A stretch of 64,000 nt of DNA from Promethearchaeota archaeon (GCA_019058365.1 JAHPZE010000003.1:1-64000); one strand, 5' to 3'. Positions 39,271-49,916 are shown, counted from the first letter of the stretch. Translations and numbers: made by a program. Notes: generated from the letters alone by a model not told the origin.

Positions 39271-40284
39271 ATGTCAGTCGATCGAGATAAACTTGAAGCA
39301 CTTCTAAAATGGTATAAGCAAGAAGTTGGAGAGAACTTAATCGCTGTTCTCATTGTAAATAGAGAAGGTTTAGTAATGTCTGCATTAAAAGGATCATCAG
39401 ATCAAGATGTAGAAGAAGATGTAATTGGTGGGGTGAGTGCATTAGTAGAACCTGTTTTAACCAGAATTACAGAGGAATTTAGTTCTGGATCTTTTGGAAC
39501 TGGAACGTTCGATACAGAAGAGCAAAGATTTATTTTTTGCGAAGCTGGTCCGGAAGCAATTTTTGTAACTGTTTTGAATTCTATTGCCATGGTAGATCCT
39601 GTTTTTCCATATGCATATTTAGCTGCAGAAAAAATTGCCAGAATATTTGATGGAAGAACTGTAAGTCCTGTAATTCCTAAATTATTCACAGAAAGAGAAA
39701 CGCCAAAGATTGAAAGAAAAATTGATAAATTACAGCAAATCAAGATACAATCAGGAGAATATGCGTTCAAGTTAATCCTTGGTGGCGAAGGTGGTGTTGG
39801 AAAAACCAGTATGGTTCATCGATTTGTTGAGGATGCGTTTCAGACTGATTATAAATCCACAATTGGGACATCCATAATGAAAAAAGAGTGTGATTTTCAA
39901 GGTTTAGAATCTAAAGTACGTTTTGTTATTTGGGATTTAGCGGGTCAAGCGCAATTTAAACGTGTAAGGCAAACATATCTAGGAAATGCCGAAGCAGGTA
40001 TTTTAGTTTTTGATGTAACTCGTAAAGAAACCTTCGATAAATTAGAAGATTGGTTCAATGAAATTAAGAAGGTATCTTTAACAATTTCATTAATATTAGT
40101 GGGAAATAAGATAGATCTGGAAGATCAACGGATTATATCGCTTGGACAAGGAGAAGAACTCGCACAAAAATTGAACCTTTCTTATATTGAAACTTCTGCT
40201 AAAACAGGGGAAAATATAAATGATGCATTTAAAATGCTCGCTTTACAAATGATAAAACGCTTTGTTTTTACTGAAGAAGTATGA
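39271..40284 (+). CDS. Roadblock/LC7 domain fused to Rab/Ras-like small GTPase
   Basis: N-terminal roadblock pattern (AVLIVNREGL); GEGGVGKT, STIG, WDLAGQ, GNKID, ETSAK. Confidence 0.9.
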   Translation: MSVDRDKLEALLKWYKQEVGENLIAVLIVNREGLVMSALKGSSDQDVEEDVIGGVSALVEPVLTRITEEFSSGSFGTGTFDTEEQRFIFCEAGPEAIFVTVLNSIAMVDPVFPYAYLAAEKIARIFDGRTVSPVIPKLFTERETPKIERKIDKLQQIKIQSGEYAFKLILGGEGGVGKTSMVHRFVEDAFQTDYKSTIGTSIMKKECDFQGLESKVRFVIWDLAGQAQFKRVRQTYLGNAEAGILVFDVTRKETFDKLEDWFNEIKKVSLTISLILVGNKIDLEDQRIISLGQGEELAQKLNLSYIETSAKTGENINDAFKMLALQMIKRFVFTEEV

Positions 40285-40288
40285 TGAA

Positions 40289-40390
40289 AGCCTCTGGGGG
40301 GAATTGAACCCCCGACCTACAGATTACGAATCTTTAGCATTTTCTTCAAAGTGACATTTAATGTTGCTATACCTGCTAAGCCACAGAGGC
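40289..40390 (-). tRNA. tRNA-Thr(CGT) with 29-nt intron (40362-40334, position 28/29)
   Basis: Acceptor GCCTCTG/CAGAGGC; ACAGA-TTCGTAA-TCTGT after splicing; BHB helix AGCA/UGCU with ACA and AAA bulges; 73-nt mature tRNA. Confidence 0.88.
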
Positions 40391-40456
40391 AAGAAATTTT
40401 AAAAATATGAGTTACTTCAAAAATTATAATTATGATAAAATTTTAAATTTTATTTA

Positions 40457-41482
40457 ATGAAAAATAATCTTCAAGTAGGAAATTTAGGAGAAATAAAAAT
40501 AATAAAACTTATAGAAGAACTGGTTTTGAAAAAAACTGGAAAAGATCTTTTAAGAGATGATTCTTTTTTTTTTGAATTTAAAAACCAAGATTCAAATAGA
40601 AATATTGTTTTAAATTCTGATATGTTAGTCTCCACAACAGATGTCCCACCTCAAATGAATTCCTATCAGATCGGTAGGAAATCTGTATTAATGAATGTGA
40701 GTGATTTACTGGTTAAAGGTGTTAGACCAAGTGGTTTAATTATATCTTTTGGTCTTCCAAGGGAATTGAAAAAATATGAGTTAATTGAATTATTAAATGG
40801 GATTATTGATTACAGTGTTAAATTTAATCTGGATTATATTGGGGGAGACGTTAATGAAACAAAAGAATTAATCATAAATCCAACTGTATTTGGTTTTAAA
40901 AATCCTTCAGCAATGATTTATAGGAAGGGGATAAATATAGGTGATATCTTAATAGCTAATAATAAATTTGGTTTAACGGGAGTAGGTTTTGACATCCTTT
41001 TAAACAAAAAAGGTGGTTCTCATGAGTTTCCAAATTATGAAAGATCTATTATGAGTGTATTAGAGCCTAAAATCACCGGAAATGAAGCGTTCATATTATC
41101 AGAAAGAAATTTGGCAACTTCAAGTATAGATTCGTCAGATGGGTTGTTTAAATCTTTACAAGATTTAATGTTATCAAATCCTAATTTAGGTTTTGAAATC
41201 TACTTTAATGAAGATTTAATTGATACAGAAGCGATTAAATATTCCAATGAATTCAATGTTTCCTTAGAAGATTTAGTTTTAGGTGGGGGTGAAGAATTTA
41301 TTCACTTATTTACTATTGATCCTTCAGATTTTAATACAGCTCAACAAGAAATTCAATCTAAATATGGACAGATTTTTAAAATTGGAAAAGTATTATATGG
41401 AGAACATATATATATTGTTAAAGAGGGTGAAAAAAAAGAATTAAAGAGTCATGGTTTTGAGCATTTCAACAAAAGGACTTGA
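40457..41482 (+). CDS. thiL: Thiamine-monophosphate kinase
   Basis: GE..II, NVSDL, IGGD, DSSDGL, GGEEF. Confidence 0.88.
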   Translation: MKNNLQVGNLGEIKIIKLIEELVLKKTGKDLLRDDSFFFEFKNQDSNRNIVLNSDMLVSTTDVPPQMNSYQIGRKSVLMNVSDLLVKGVRPSGLIISFGLPRELKKYELIELLNGIIDYSVKFNLDYIGGDVNETKELIINPTVFGFKNPSAMIYRKGINIGDILIANNKFGLTGVGFDILLNKKGGSHEFPNYERSIMSVLEPKITGNEAFILSERNLATSSIDSSDGLFKSLQDLMLSNPNLGFEIYFNEDLIDTEAIKYSNEFNVSLEDLVLGGGEEFIHLFTIDPSDFNTAQQEIQSKYGQIFKIGKVLYGEHIYIVKEGEKKELKSHGFEHFNKRT

Positions 41483-41607
41483 GATTTTATAGCTTTTACT
41501 ATATTATTTAAAAATTGAAGGAAAGAAACTCATTTAAATAAAATTTTTATATTATAATGGATTTATTCTTATGCAATTTACGTCTACACATAAAAAAAAT
41601 TCTTTAA

Positions 41608-41711
41608 GGGCTATTGGCGCAGGCAGGTAGCGCAGCAGGCTTTTAACCTGACATTTAAGGGTATATCTCCCTTAAAAAGAAAGGTCGGGGGTTCAATTCC
41701 CCTATAGCCCG
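41608..41711 (+). tRNA. tRNA-Lys(TTT) with ~30-nt intron near position 43-45
   Basis: GGGCTAT/ATAGCCC acceptor; GCGC D-stem; CAGG-CTTTTAA-CCTG; inserted hairpin TTTAAGGG/CCCTTAAA before GGTC; exact junction ambiguous. Confidence 0.85.
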
Positions 41712-41827
41712 TTATTTTCCACTAATATATTAATAGTCGATTATCATCTAAAGAAATTTTATTAAGAAAAATTTATGAAATCTTTAAGTTTATAATTAAT
41801 TAATTATTCCTTTCACTATTATTCAGT

Positions 41828-42832
41828 ATGGAAAATTTAGAATTTAAATTACCCTCTGATGAACCTGAGCAACTTTTAGTAAAATCTCAAGATACTTCTG
41901 ACTCAAATTATGGCATTGAGCCTGAAAAGAGAAGTATTGAATTACTTTTACAATACGGAGTAATAAATCTTGATAAACCAAGTGGTCCAACTAGTCATGA
42001 AGTAGTTTCATGGGTTCGTAAAATTTTGGGTATTTCAAATGCAGGTCATGGGGGAACTCTTGATCCAAAAGTTACCGGTATATTACCATGTGCTCTTGGA
42101 AAAGCAACACGAGTGTTGTCAGCATTATTATACGCCGGTAAGGAATATATAGGAGTGATGTATTTACACTCTCCAGAAAAAAGAAAAAAGATAGAGAAAA
42201 TATTTGAATTATTTACAGGAAAAATCTATCAAAGACCTCCATTAAAATCGTCCGTTGCAAGAAAATTACGGGTAAGAGAGATTTATTATAGCGAAGTTAT
42301 TGAAGTTAACAATAATCACATATTATTTCGTATTGGATGTGAAGCGGGAACTTATGTGAGGAAATTTTGTTTTGATTTAGGAGAAGCTCTATGTTCTGGT
42401 GCTCATATGCTTGAGTTGAGAAGAACAAGAGTAGGTAATTTTAAAGAAAGTGATAATCTAATAACACTACAAAATTTAAAAGATGCCTTTACAATTTATC
42501 AAATAGAGGGAAATCATTATTATTTGAAGAAATTAATATTCCCAATGGAGAAAATGGTTTCTCATCTACCTAAGATTTATGTTAGAGATACAGCAGTAGA
42601 TGCTTTATGTCATGGAGCAGATTTAGCATCTGCTGGTATATGTTATATTGATGCTAGGATAAAACCCAATATGTTAGTTGCATTTATGAGTTTAAAAAAA
42701 GAGTTAATTGGGTTTGGTATAGCTTTAAAAGATGCACTTCAAATATATAAAGCAAAATCAGGAATCCTCGTAAAAACTAATAAAGTTTTCATGGAAAGAG
42801 GAACCTATCCACGTTGGAATGAGAAAAAATAA
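41828..42832 (+). CDS. cbf5: H/ACA pseudouridine synthase Cbf5
   Basis: LDKPSGPTSHEV, GHGGTLDP, YQRPP, GTYVR, PUA domain; uninterrupted ORF. Confidence 0.95.
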   Translation: MENLEFKLPSDEPEQLLVKSQDTSDSNYGIEPEKRSIELLLQYGVINLDKPSGPTSHEVVSWVRKILGISNAGHGGTLDPKVTGILPCALGKATRVLSALLYAGKEYIGVMYLHSPEKRKKIEKIFELFTGKIYQRPPLKSSVARKLRVREIYYSEVIEVNNNHILFRIGCEAGTYVRKFCFDLGEALCSGAHMLELRRTRVGNFKESDNLITLQNLKDAFTIYQIEGNHYYLKKLIFPMEKMVSHLPKIYVRDTAVDALCHGADLASAGICYIDARIKPNMLVAFMSLKKELIGFGIALKDALQIYKAKSGILVKTNKVFMERGTYPRWNEKK

Positions 42833-42861
42833 TAGATTTAAACAATACTAATTTTTATACT

Positions 42862-43491
42862 ATGGATAATAATAAAACCCATTATTATAGCAGAGTTCCC
42901 GAAGTTAATGTAAAAATTTATACTATACCAGAAAGTTTAAGAAAACATCTTTATATTTTTAAAACCATCACAGGTGTTTTTTCATTTAAAAAGCTTGACT
43001 TAGGTACTAAAGTTCTTATTGAACATATGTATATCCCAAAAGAATCTAGTATTTTACTTGATTTGGGATGTGGGTATGGACCAATAGGAATTGTTCTAGC
43101 TTATGAGTCTCCTCAAAGCTCTGTTTATCTATTAGATATTAATAGACGAGCTATTTGGTGTGCAAAAGAAAATATTAAATTAAATCTTCCAAGGGAAAGG
43201 AAAAATATAATTGCTTTATCTGGAAATTATTTTAACCCAATTAAAACCAAAAATTTAAGATTTGATGGAATTTATATGAATCCTCCTCTGCGTCAAGGAA
43301 GGAGAGATTTTTTAGATTTGCTTTCTAAAATTCACAACAATTTAAAACCAAATGGGTATTTTCAATTTGTAATTAAGAAAAAAATGGGGGCAGCTTACAT
43401 TTTAAAATATTTTAAAGATGCTTTTCCAAATGAAAATATTGAGATTTTATGTAAAAGAAGTGGATATTGGGTTTTTAATTGTTTTGATTAA
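42862..43491 (+). CDS. Class I SAM-dependent methyltransferase (RsmC/MTS-like)
   Basis: GVFS...D.GT, LDLGCGYG, NPP. Confidence 0.88.
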   Translation: MDNNKTHYYSRVPEVNVKIYTIPESLRKHLYIFKTITGVFSFKKLDLGTKVLIEHMYIPKESSILLDLGCGYGPIGIVLAYESPQSSVYLLDINRRAIWCAKENIKLNLPRERKNIIALSGNYFNPIKTKNLRFDGIYMNPPLRQGRRDFLDLLSKIHNNLKPNGYFQFVIKKKMGAAYILKYFKDAFPNENIEILCKRSGYWVFNCFD

Positions 43492-43604
43492 TTATAATTT
43501 AATAGAAACCCGTTTATTATGAGAAAAATGATAGAAAAATGGAAAAATTTTTTAGAATAGCATCACTTCATTATTTATAATTCGTAAAAATAGAGGATTT
43601 TTCC

Positions 43605-43862
43605 TTGACTAAAAAGAAACAGATAGATGTTTTGCTCCATAAATTTGTCCCTAAACATTTGCTCTTAACTAAAGAAGAATCGCAACATCTTTTAGAAAAA
43701 TATCGGATTGATATAACTGATTTACCACAAATGTTTGAAAAAGATCCAGTTGCGATCGCTATCGGAGCAAAAGAAGGAGATATTGTAAAAATAATTCGTG
43801 ACTCTAATACTACAGTAAGATCTATGGATTATTATCGATATGTTAAAAAGGAAAAAGCTTAA
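43605..43862 (+). CDS. rpo5: RNA polymerase subunit Rpo5 (H)
   Basis: H..VPKH..L, LP....DPVA, GDIVKI.R, YYRYV. Confidence 0.95.
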   Translation: MTKKKQIDVLLHKFVPKHLLLTKEESQHLLEKYRIDITDLPQMFEKDPVAIAIGAKEGDIVKIIRDSNTTVRSMDYYRYVKKEKA

Positions 43863-43907
43863 TATTGTTTTTTTATGAAAAATTACATATATATGGTTTA
43901 ATGAATT

Positions 43908-46900
43908 TTGAGTTCTGAAAAATTATCAAATGAAGATAAATGGATTATCTTAAAAAGTTTATTCGATGAAAAGGGTTTAGTTCGTCAGCATTTAGACTCA
44001 TACAATAATTTTATTGAATATGAAATGCAGACGATTGTTGATGAATCGGGGGAAGTCATTCCCGATATACCGGGATTTAAAATTAAATTTGGTAAAATTA
44101 AAGTTGGAGTGCCAAAAGTAAGAGAAGCGGATGGAGCTACTATGGAGATTACTCCAATAGAAGCTAGAATTAGAGAATTAAGCTATGCTGCAGATATTAC
44201 TTTAGAGATGACCCCTATAACCATTGATGAACGAACCCAGAGAGAGGAAGCTGAAGAAACTTTAGATATATATATTGGAAAGATTCCAATAATGCTTAAA
44301 AGCTGTCGATGTCCTTTAGAAAGCTTATCTGAACAAGAATTGATTAATAGGGGTGAAGATCCGTTAGATCCTGGTGGGTACTTCATAATAAATGGAACTG
44401 AACGAGTGCTCGTAACGCAGGAAGATCTTGCTCCGAATAGGATACTTGCTGAAGAAGCTAGTAGAAGTTCTAGTGCAACTCATCAAGCGAAAGTTTTTTC
44501 GACAAGAAGTGGTTTTAGAGCTCCTGTAACAATTGAGCGAAAAAAAGATGGCAATCTTAGAGTATCATTTCCATCAGTTCCAGGAAAAATACCTTTAGCA
44601 ATATTAATGCGTTCCTTAGGATTACATTCAGACAGAGAGATATTTGAAGCTATTTCAGAAAATGATGAAATCCAGAAAGAATTAATTCCTGTAATAGATG
44701 TTGCTTCTGAGATACAAGTATTAAAAGATCCAGAAAAATCACAGCATAATGCGCTTGATTATATAGGAAAAAGAGTTGCTATTGGACAAACGAAAGATTA
44801 TCGTATTAGAAGAGCTTTACAGGTTTTAGACAGATATCTTTTACCCCATATCGGAAATGATGAAGGAGATAGAATTAAAAAAGCTTATTATTTAGGACAG
44901 ATGGCGCAAAAAGTAATGGAACTCGCTTTAAATTTAAGAGAACCAGATGATAAAGATCATTATGCTAACAAAAGGTTAAAATTAGCGGGTGAACTATTCA
45001 CATCGTTATTTAGGGTAGCTTTTTTAAATCTTGTTAAAGATATTAAATATCAATTAGAAAGGACTGCTGTCCGAGGTAGAGCTCCAAATATAAAAACTGC
45101 GGTAAGGGCAGATGTGATTACAGAAAGGATTAGACATGCATTAGCTACGGGTAATTGGGTTGGTGGTAAAGCAGGTGTTAGCCAACTTTTAAATAGAACC
45201 AATCATGTTGGCACATTAAGCCACTTGAGAAGAGTTATATCACCTCTCAGCCGTAGTCAACCACATTTTGAAGCTAGAGATTTGCATCCAACTCAATGGG
45301 GGAAAATTTGTCCCGCAGAAACTCCTGAGGGTCCAAATTGTGGTTTAGTTAAAAATCTTGGATTAGCTTCAATAATATCTGTAGGAACTAATGAGAGGAT
45401 TATTGAGAATATTTTAATCGATTTAGGTGTTATTCCTATAAATGAGGTAAAAAATGTAAAAGGAGAGAAAGTAAAAGTCTTTTTAAATGGGAAATTAGTT
45501 GGTATACATCAACAACATAATCCATTCATACGTCAACTGAGAGAAAAACGAAGGAAAGGCGAGATAGGGCAACATGTAAATATAGGATATTATCATGAAT
45601 CCAGAGAAATTCAAATTAATTGTGATGCTGGAAGAGCAACCAGACCTTTATTTGTTTTGAAAAATCAAAAGCTACTCGTTTCAAAAGATGATATTGAAAA
45701 GATAAAACAAAATAAATTTATTTGGTCAGATTTGATTCAAAAGGGTGTTATTGAATATTTAGATGCCGAAGAAGAAGAAAATGCATATATTGCCATGTTC
45801 GAGGAGGATATCAGTATAGAACATACTCATTTAGAGATATCTCCTGCTGCAATTCTAGGTATTTGTGCTTCCATAATTCCTTTTCCAGAACATAATCAAT
45901 CCCCTAGAAATACATATGAGGCGGGAATGGTAAAACAAGCATTAGGTTTATTTGCAGCTAATATGCACTTGAGATTAGACACCAGAGGACACACATTACA
46001 TTATCCTCAACAACCATTAGTAAAAACCAGTCCAATGGAAATCATAGGGATAAATAAAAGACCCGCTGGACAAAATTTTATCATTGCGATGATGAGTTTC
46101 GAAGGATTTAATATAGAAGATGCGATCATCATCAATAAAGCATCAATTGAGAGAGGACTAGCACGTAGTCATTTTTTTAGAACCTACGATGCTGAAGAAA
46201 GAAAATATCCAGGTGGAGAGGTTGATAAATTTGAAATTCCAGAAAGAGGAGTAAGAGGATTCAAATCGGCTGAATCATATCGGTTATTATCTGAAGTAGA
46301 TGGAATAATAGAACCAGAGACACAAGTAAATGGAGGAGATGTGTTAATTGGGAGAACATCCCCACCTAGATTTATAAAATCGTACGAAGAATTTGAACTT
46401 ATGCAACCGAATAGACGTGAAACTTCAAAAAACATGCGACATAATGAACAAGGAATTGTAGATACAGTAATTATTTCAGAAACCGTTGATGGAAATAAAT
46501 TAGTTAAAATAAAAGTTAGAGATTTAAGAATCCCAGAATTGGGAGATAAATTCTCATCTCGCCATGGTCAAAAGGGGGTTTTAGGATTAGTAGTAGATCA
46601 AGCAGATATGCCATATACTACCTCTGGGGTCATTCCAGATATAATTGTAAATCCTCACGCAATGCCATCACGAATGACTTTAGGACAACTTTTTGAGGGT
46701 ATTAGTGGAAAGATTGCCTGTACAACAGGAAAATTAGGAGATGCAACTGCATTTGAGTGGACAGATATTACAAAACTTCAAGAACAATTAGTTGAAGCGG
46801 GATTTGAATTTAATGGAAGAGAAGTAATGTATAATGGAATTACAGGTGAAAAATATGAAGCAGGAATTTATTGCGCTCCAATTTATTACCAAAAGTTATA

Positions 46901-47279
46901 TCACTTAGTAGCAGATAAACTTCATGCGAGAGCAAGAGGGCCAGTTCAAATTTTAACGAGGCAGCCAACAGAAGGTCGTGCTCGAGAAGGAGGGTTAAGG
47001 TTTGGAGAAATGGAGAGAGATTGTTTAGTTGGTCATGGTTCTGCATTATTATTAAAAGAACGACTTTTAGATGAATCTGATCGAACTGTGATTTTAGTAT
47101 GTGAAAAATGTGGACTTTTAGCTGTATATGATCGAAATAGAGATAAGCGATATTGCCCAGTATGTGGAGAAGGAACCATTATTTCTAAAGTTGTATGTTC
47201 TTATGCATTCAAGTTGTTATTACAGGAGATGATGAGCTTAGGACTTGCTCCAAGACTTAAACTAAAAGAAAAAATTTAG
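43908..47279 (+). CDS. rpo2: RNA polymerase subunit Rpo2 (B), unsplit
   Basis: DPGGYFIING.ER, ETPEG, GDKFSSRHGQKG, GGLRFGEMERD, C-terminal zinc site. Confidence 0.98.
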   Translation: MSSEKLSNEDKWIILKSLFDEKGLVRQHLDSYNNFIEYEMQTIVDESGEVIPDIPGFKIKFGKIKVGVPKVREADGATMEITPIEARIRELSYAADITLEMTPITIDERTQREEAEETLDIYIGKIPIMLKSCRCPLESLSEQELINRGEDPLDPGGYFIINGTERVLVTQEDLAPNRILAEEASRSSSATHQAKVFSTRSGFRAPVTIERKKDGNLRVSFPSVPGKIPLAILMRSLGLHSDREIFEAISENDEIQKELIPVIDVASEIQVLKDPEKSQHNALDYIGKRVAIGQTKDYRIRRALQVLDRYLLPHIGNDEGDRIKKAYYLGQMAQKVMELALNLREPDDKDHYANKRLKLAGELFTSLFRVAFLNLVKDIKYQLERTAVRGRAPNIKTAVRADVITERIRHALATGNWVGGKAGVSQLLNRTNHVGTLSHLRRVISPLSRSQPHFEARDLHPTQWGKICPAETPEGPNCGLVKNLGLASIISVGTNERIIENILIDLGVIPINEVKNVKGEKVKVFLNGKLVGIHQQHNPFIRQLREKRRKGEIGQHVNIGYYHESREIQINCDAGRATRPLFVLKNQKLLVSKDDIEKIKQNKFIWSDLIQKGVIEYLDAEEEENAYIAMFEEDISIEHTHLEISPAAILGICASIIPFPEHNQSPRNTYEAGMVKQALGLFAANMHLRLDTRGHTLHYPQQPLVKTSPMEIIGINKRPAGQNFIIAMMSFEGFNIEDAIIINKASIERGLARSHFFRTYDAEERKYPGGEVDKFEIPERGVRGFKSAESYRLLSEVDGIIEPETQVNGGDVLIGRTSPPRFIKSYEEFELMQPNRRETSKNMRHNEQGIVDTVIISETVDGNKLVKIKVRDLRIPELGDKFSSRHGQKGVLGLVVDQADMPYTTSGVIPDIIVNPHAMPSRMTLGQLFEGISGKIACTTGKLGDATAFEWTDITKLQEQLVEAGFEFNGREVMYNGITGEKYEAGIYCAPIYYQKLYHLVADKLHARARGPVQILTRQPTEGRAREGGLRFGEMERDCLVGHGSALLLKERLLDESDRTVILVCEKCGLLAVYDRNRDKRYCPVCGEGTIISKVVCSYAFKLLLQEMMSLGLAPRLKLKEKI

Positions 47280-47416
47280 TTTCTTATTTTTTTATAATAT
47301 ATTTATGTGTATTGGAATCTCTCAAAAAAATGAACATCTAGTAGTAGTTTTTAACAATATAATAAATTATAAAAAAAAATGGAATTTTTATATTGAATTG
47401 TTAGATCTACTCTTAA

Positions 47417-47956
47417 TTAAAAAGCTACTCCAACAAATGTATATAATTCTGGTACCAAGGAAAACAAAATATATAGTAAGAATAGTAGCAACAATGAAAC
47501 CCAAACTGAATTATCCCACGGTATATCAATTAAATATTTAACCAGAACTAATAGTATGAGAAAACCAAATACGGGGACTAATAGTACTAAGAAATTTTGT
47601 CCACGATGATCAATCGCATTTCTAATATCAGCAAGAGCACCCCCAATCGCAGTTAAAACAGTTCCTATTGCATTCAGAACAACAGGTAAAAATAATACAA
47701 TAATTAGTGCCAAGAGAAGTATCATAAATTTCTTATCAGACGCTTTAGTTCTCGATTCTAATAGAAGAACAACTATATAAGCTATCAATGCTACGATAAC
47801 AGTTGCGATAACTAACCATATTAGAAATACCCAAGGCTCTGCGTTTTGAAACAGCATAATAATATCCCAAATTGTGTTTTTTTTACTAGTTTTTTTATTA
47901 AGATATGTTGTAATAAAAATATTACACTTCTTCTTTTTTAAATCTTGAGAAAACAA
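47417..47956 (-). CDS. Multi-pass membrane protein (true start probably at MLFQN)
   Basis: About four hydrophobic helices. Confidence 0.7.
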   Translation of the reverse strand: MFSQDLKKKKCNIFITTYLNKKTSKKNTIWDIIMLFQNAEPWVFLIWLVIATVIVALIAYIVVLLLESRTKASDKKFMILLLALIIVLFLPVVLNAIGTVLTAIGGALADIRNAIDHRGQNFLVLLVPVFGFLILLVLVKYLIDIPWDNSVWVSLLLLFLLYILFSLVPELYTFVGVAF

Positions 47957-48046
47957 ATTATAAATGAATAAAACTGAGAATTAAGAATGTGTAATGTTAT
48001 TTTGGAAAAAATACGTCTTACTTAGATGTATATGTTTATGATTAGA

Positions 48047-48259
48047 TTAAATACCCCATGAGAGTAATAAGAAATGAAAAGCGAATCCAAGAAATATTGA
48101 AGCAACAACTATACTTAATATAGAAAGGCGAATAGATACTTCTCTTCCATATTTAGTATATATTATTAAAATTGCAAATGAAGCTAACCCTATAAGAAGA
48201 AAAATCCACGCAAAAACCCATATAGTTAAGGAAGGAATTCCAGCCATATTATATAACAA
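48047..48259 (-). CDS. Ost5/TMEM258-like oligosaccharyltransferase accessory subunit
   Basis: Two TM helices; LLIG...TKYGR...VASIFLGF...FLLLSWGI resembles TMEM258 as recalled (TKY.R...VASLFMGF...FLLL..GI). Confidence 0.65.
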   Translation of the reverse strand: MLYNMAGIPSLTIWVFAWIFLLIGLASFAILIIYTKYGREVSIRLSILSIVVASIFLGFAFHFLLLSWGI

Positions 48260-48401
48260 TAAATTTTTTGTGGTCTGTATGTTTAGATATATTTTATTTT
48301 TTTTTAATTTTACTAATGAATAAAATTTATAATTATAATCTTGTGATATTTAATAAATAGAACAAAATTTTCTTCAAAGAAAAATTAAACTACTAAAAAT
48401 T

Positions 48402-49184
48402 ATGCATTTTATTAAAAAAATTATTGAATCACCGGTTTTGAATGATCCTGCGGAAAAATATAAAAGTATTCATCGGCACTTCTATAGATATTCTAGAGGA
48501 GATTTTATAGGACCTGCAATAAAAATTTCTAAAACAAAAGCTAAATTAACACTTAAAGGGAGTCATGAATATGAAGATTTGATTCTTGAAATAGTAACGA
48601 GAGGAATTTCAAATTCAGATGAAAAATTCGAAATTAAAGGAAAATTAATATCTGGAGTAGACGTTTCTGAAATGATAAATAATTTAGGGTATAATTGGAA
48701 TCTTAAACAATCATCAGGTCAAACGAAAAATTATAAAGCGGAGATCATAGACCAAACAAATAGAGATTTATTATTAGAGAGTATTGAAAGATTTCGGGAA
48801 AATAGCTATTTTCTGTTATCATTTAACATAAACCCGAGTTGCAAGGTGACAACCAAAAAAAACATACCTCAGCCATCTAAAAAGAAAGTTGAAGATGATG
48901 ATGTAAATAATAGGATTCAATTTTGCACAGGATATCTTAGTAATACTGAAAAAAATCTTAACTATACATTAGAGGCTATATTATCAGACTTTAAATCAGA
49001 ACTCCCTAAAAACTGGAAAACAATCACACTTTTTAATAATTATAAAATAATTGACGTTGAAATTCCTAAAAGCATCAAAGATTCAAGATTATTAAGAATA
49101 ATGGCTATAAGAAAAGGTACGCTATTTCGAATTGTCAATATAGATGGAGAAATTATTGAAAAACAATATTCTATCGTCGTCTAA
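48402..49184 (+). CDS. Hypothetical protein
   Basis: 260-aa ORF; HRHFYRYSRG.F.GP motif. Confidence 0.7.
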   Translation: MHFIKKIIESPVLNDPAEKYKSIHRHFYRYSRGDFIGPAIKISKTKAKLTLKGSHEYEDLILEIVTRGISNSDEKFEIKGKLISGVDVSEMINNLGYNWNLKQSSGQTKNYKAEIIDQTNRDLLLESIERFRENSYFLLSFNINPSCKVTTKKNIPQPSKKKVEDDDVNNRIQFCTGYLSNTEKNLNYTLEAILSDFKSELPKNWKTITLFNNYKIIDVEIPKSIKDSRLLRIMAIRKGTLFRIVNIDGEIIEKQYSIVV

Positions 49185-49272
49185 GGATTAAAATTAATTT
49201 CTTTTTAGAAATTTTAAAAAAATTTAATTTTTATCAAAGATAATTATATATCAAGTTAAAATTATATTACAA

Positions 49273-49863
49273 ATGAGGCTAAGTCGTATTATAGAATTAA
49301 ATCCTTACTTACAGTCTTTTTTATATATTATTGGTGGAGATATCGCAATTTATGTTGGAATGGAGCTTCTGAATTCTGAATCTAAAGATATAACAGATGA
49401 AGATATTACTGAAAATATAAAAGAGCATATTGAAGGTACGGATATTGATTTCGAACCAGATGACACTGAAATCTTAAAATTAAATACTGTTCGTAAAACG
49501 CTTTATAAACTTTATTCTGAAAAGTTAGCTCAGTTTAGACGTATAAGAGATAAATCAACTGGGTGGTTTATTTATTATTGGTGGCATGAATTTGACTTAC
49601 TTGAAGAAATTATTCTTGAAAAAAAGAAATTGATTGAATCAAAATTGCGAGACAGGTTGGAATTCGAGCAAAATAATTATTTCTTTATTTGCATAAATTG
49701 TGAAGATTCAAATATTAAATATAATTTTGAGGAAGCTTTTGAGCTTAATTTTAGGTGCCCTAACTGTGGAGGTTCACTTGAAGCACAAGATAATCAAGCT
49801 ATAATTGAGTTTTTAAAAAATAAGATTGTTTTAAATGAAAATACAAAAATTGCAATTGATTAA
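49273..49863 (+). CDS. tfe: Transcription factor E alpha
   Basis: LNTVRK.LY.L, GWFIYYW, FEEAFE..F.CP.CG. Confidence 0.93.
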   Translation: MRLSRIIELNPYLQSFLYIIGGDIAIYVGMELLNSESKDITDEDITENIKEHIEGTDIDFEPDDTEILKLNTVRKTLYKLYSEKLAQFRRIRDKSTGWFIYYWWHEFDLLEEIILEKKKLIESKLRDRLEFEQNNYFFICINCEDSNIKYNFEEAFELNFRCPNCGGSLEAQDNQAIIEFLKNKIVLNENTKIAID

Positions 49864-49916
49864 TAAATTTAATTGACTCGGACATTAATTTTTTAAATAT
49901 TTAATTTAGAGTTTTT

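Noticed and set aside
41828-42832. Intron in cbf5 as in Crenarchaeota
   Set aside because: The ORF is continuous through GHGGTLDP with no insert
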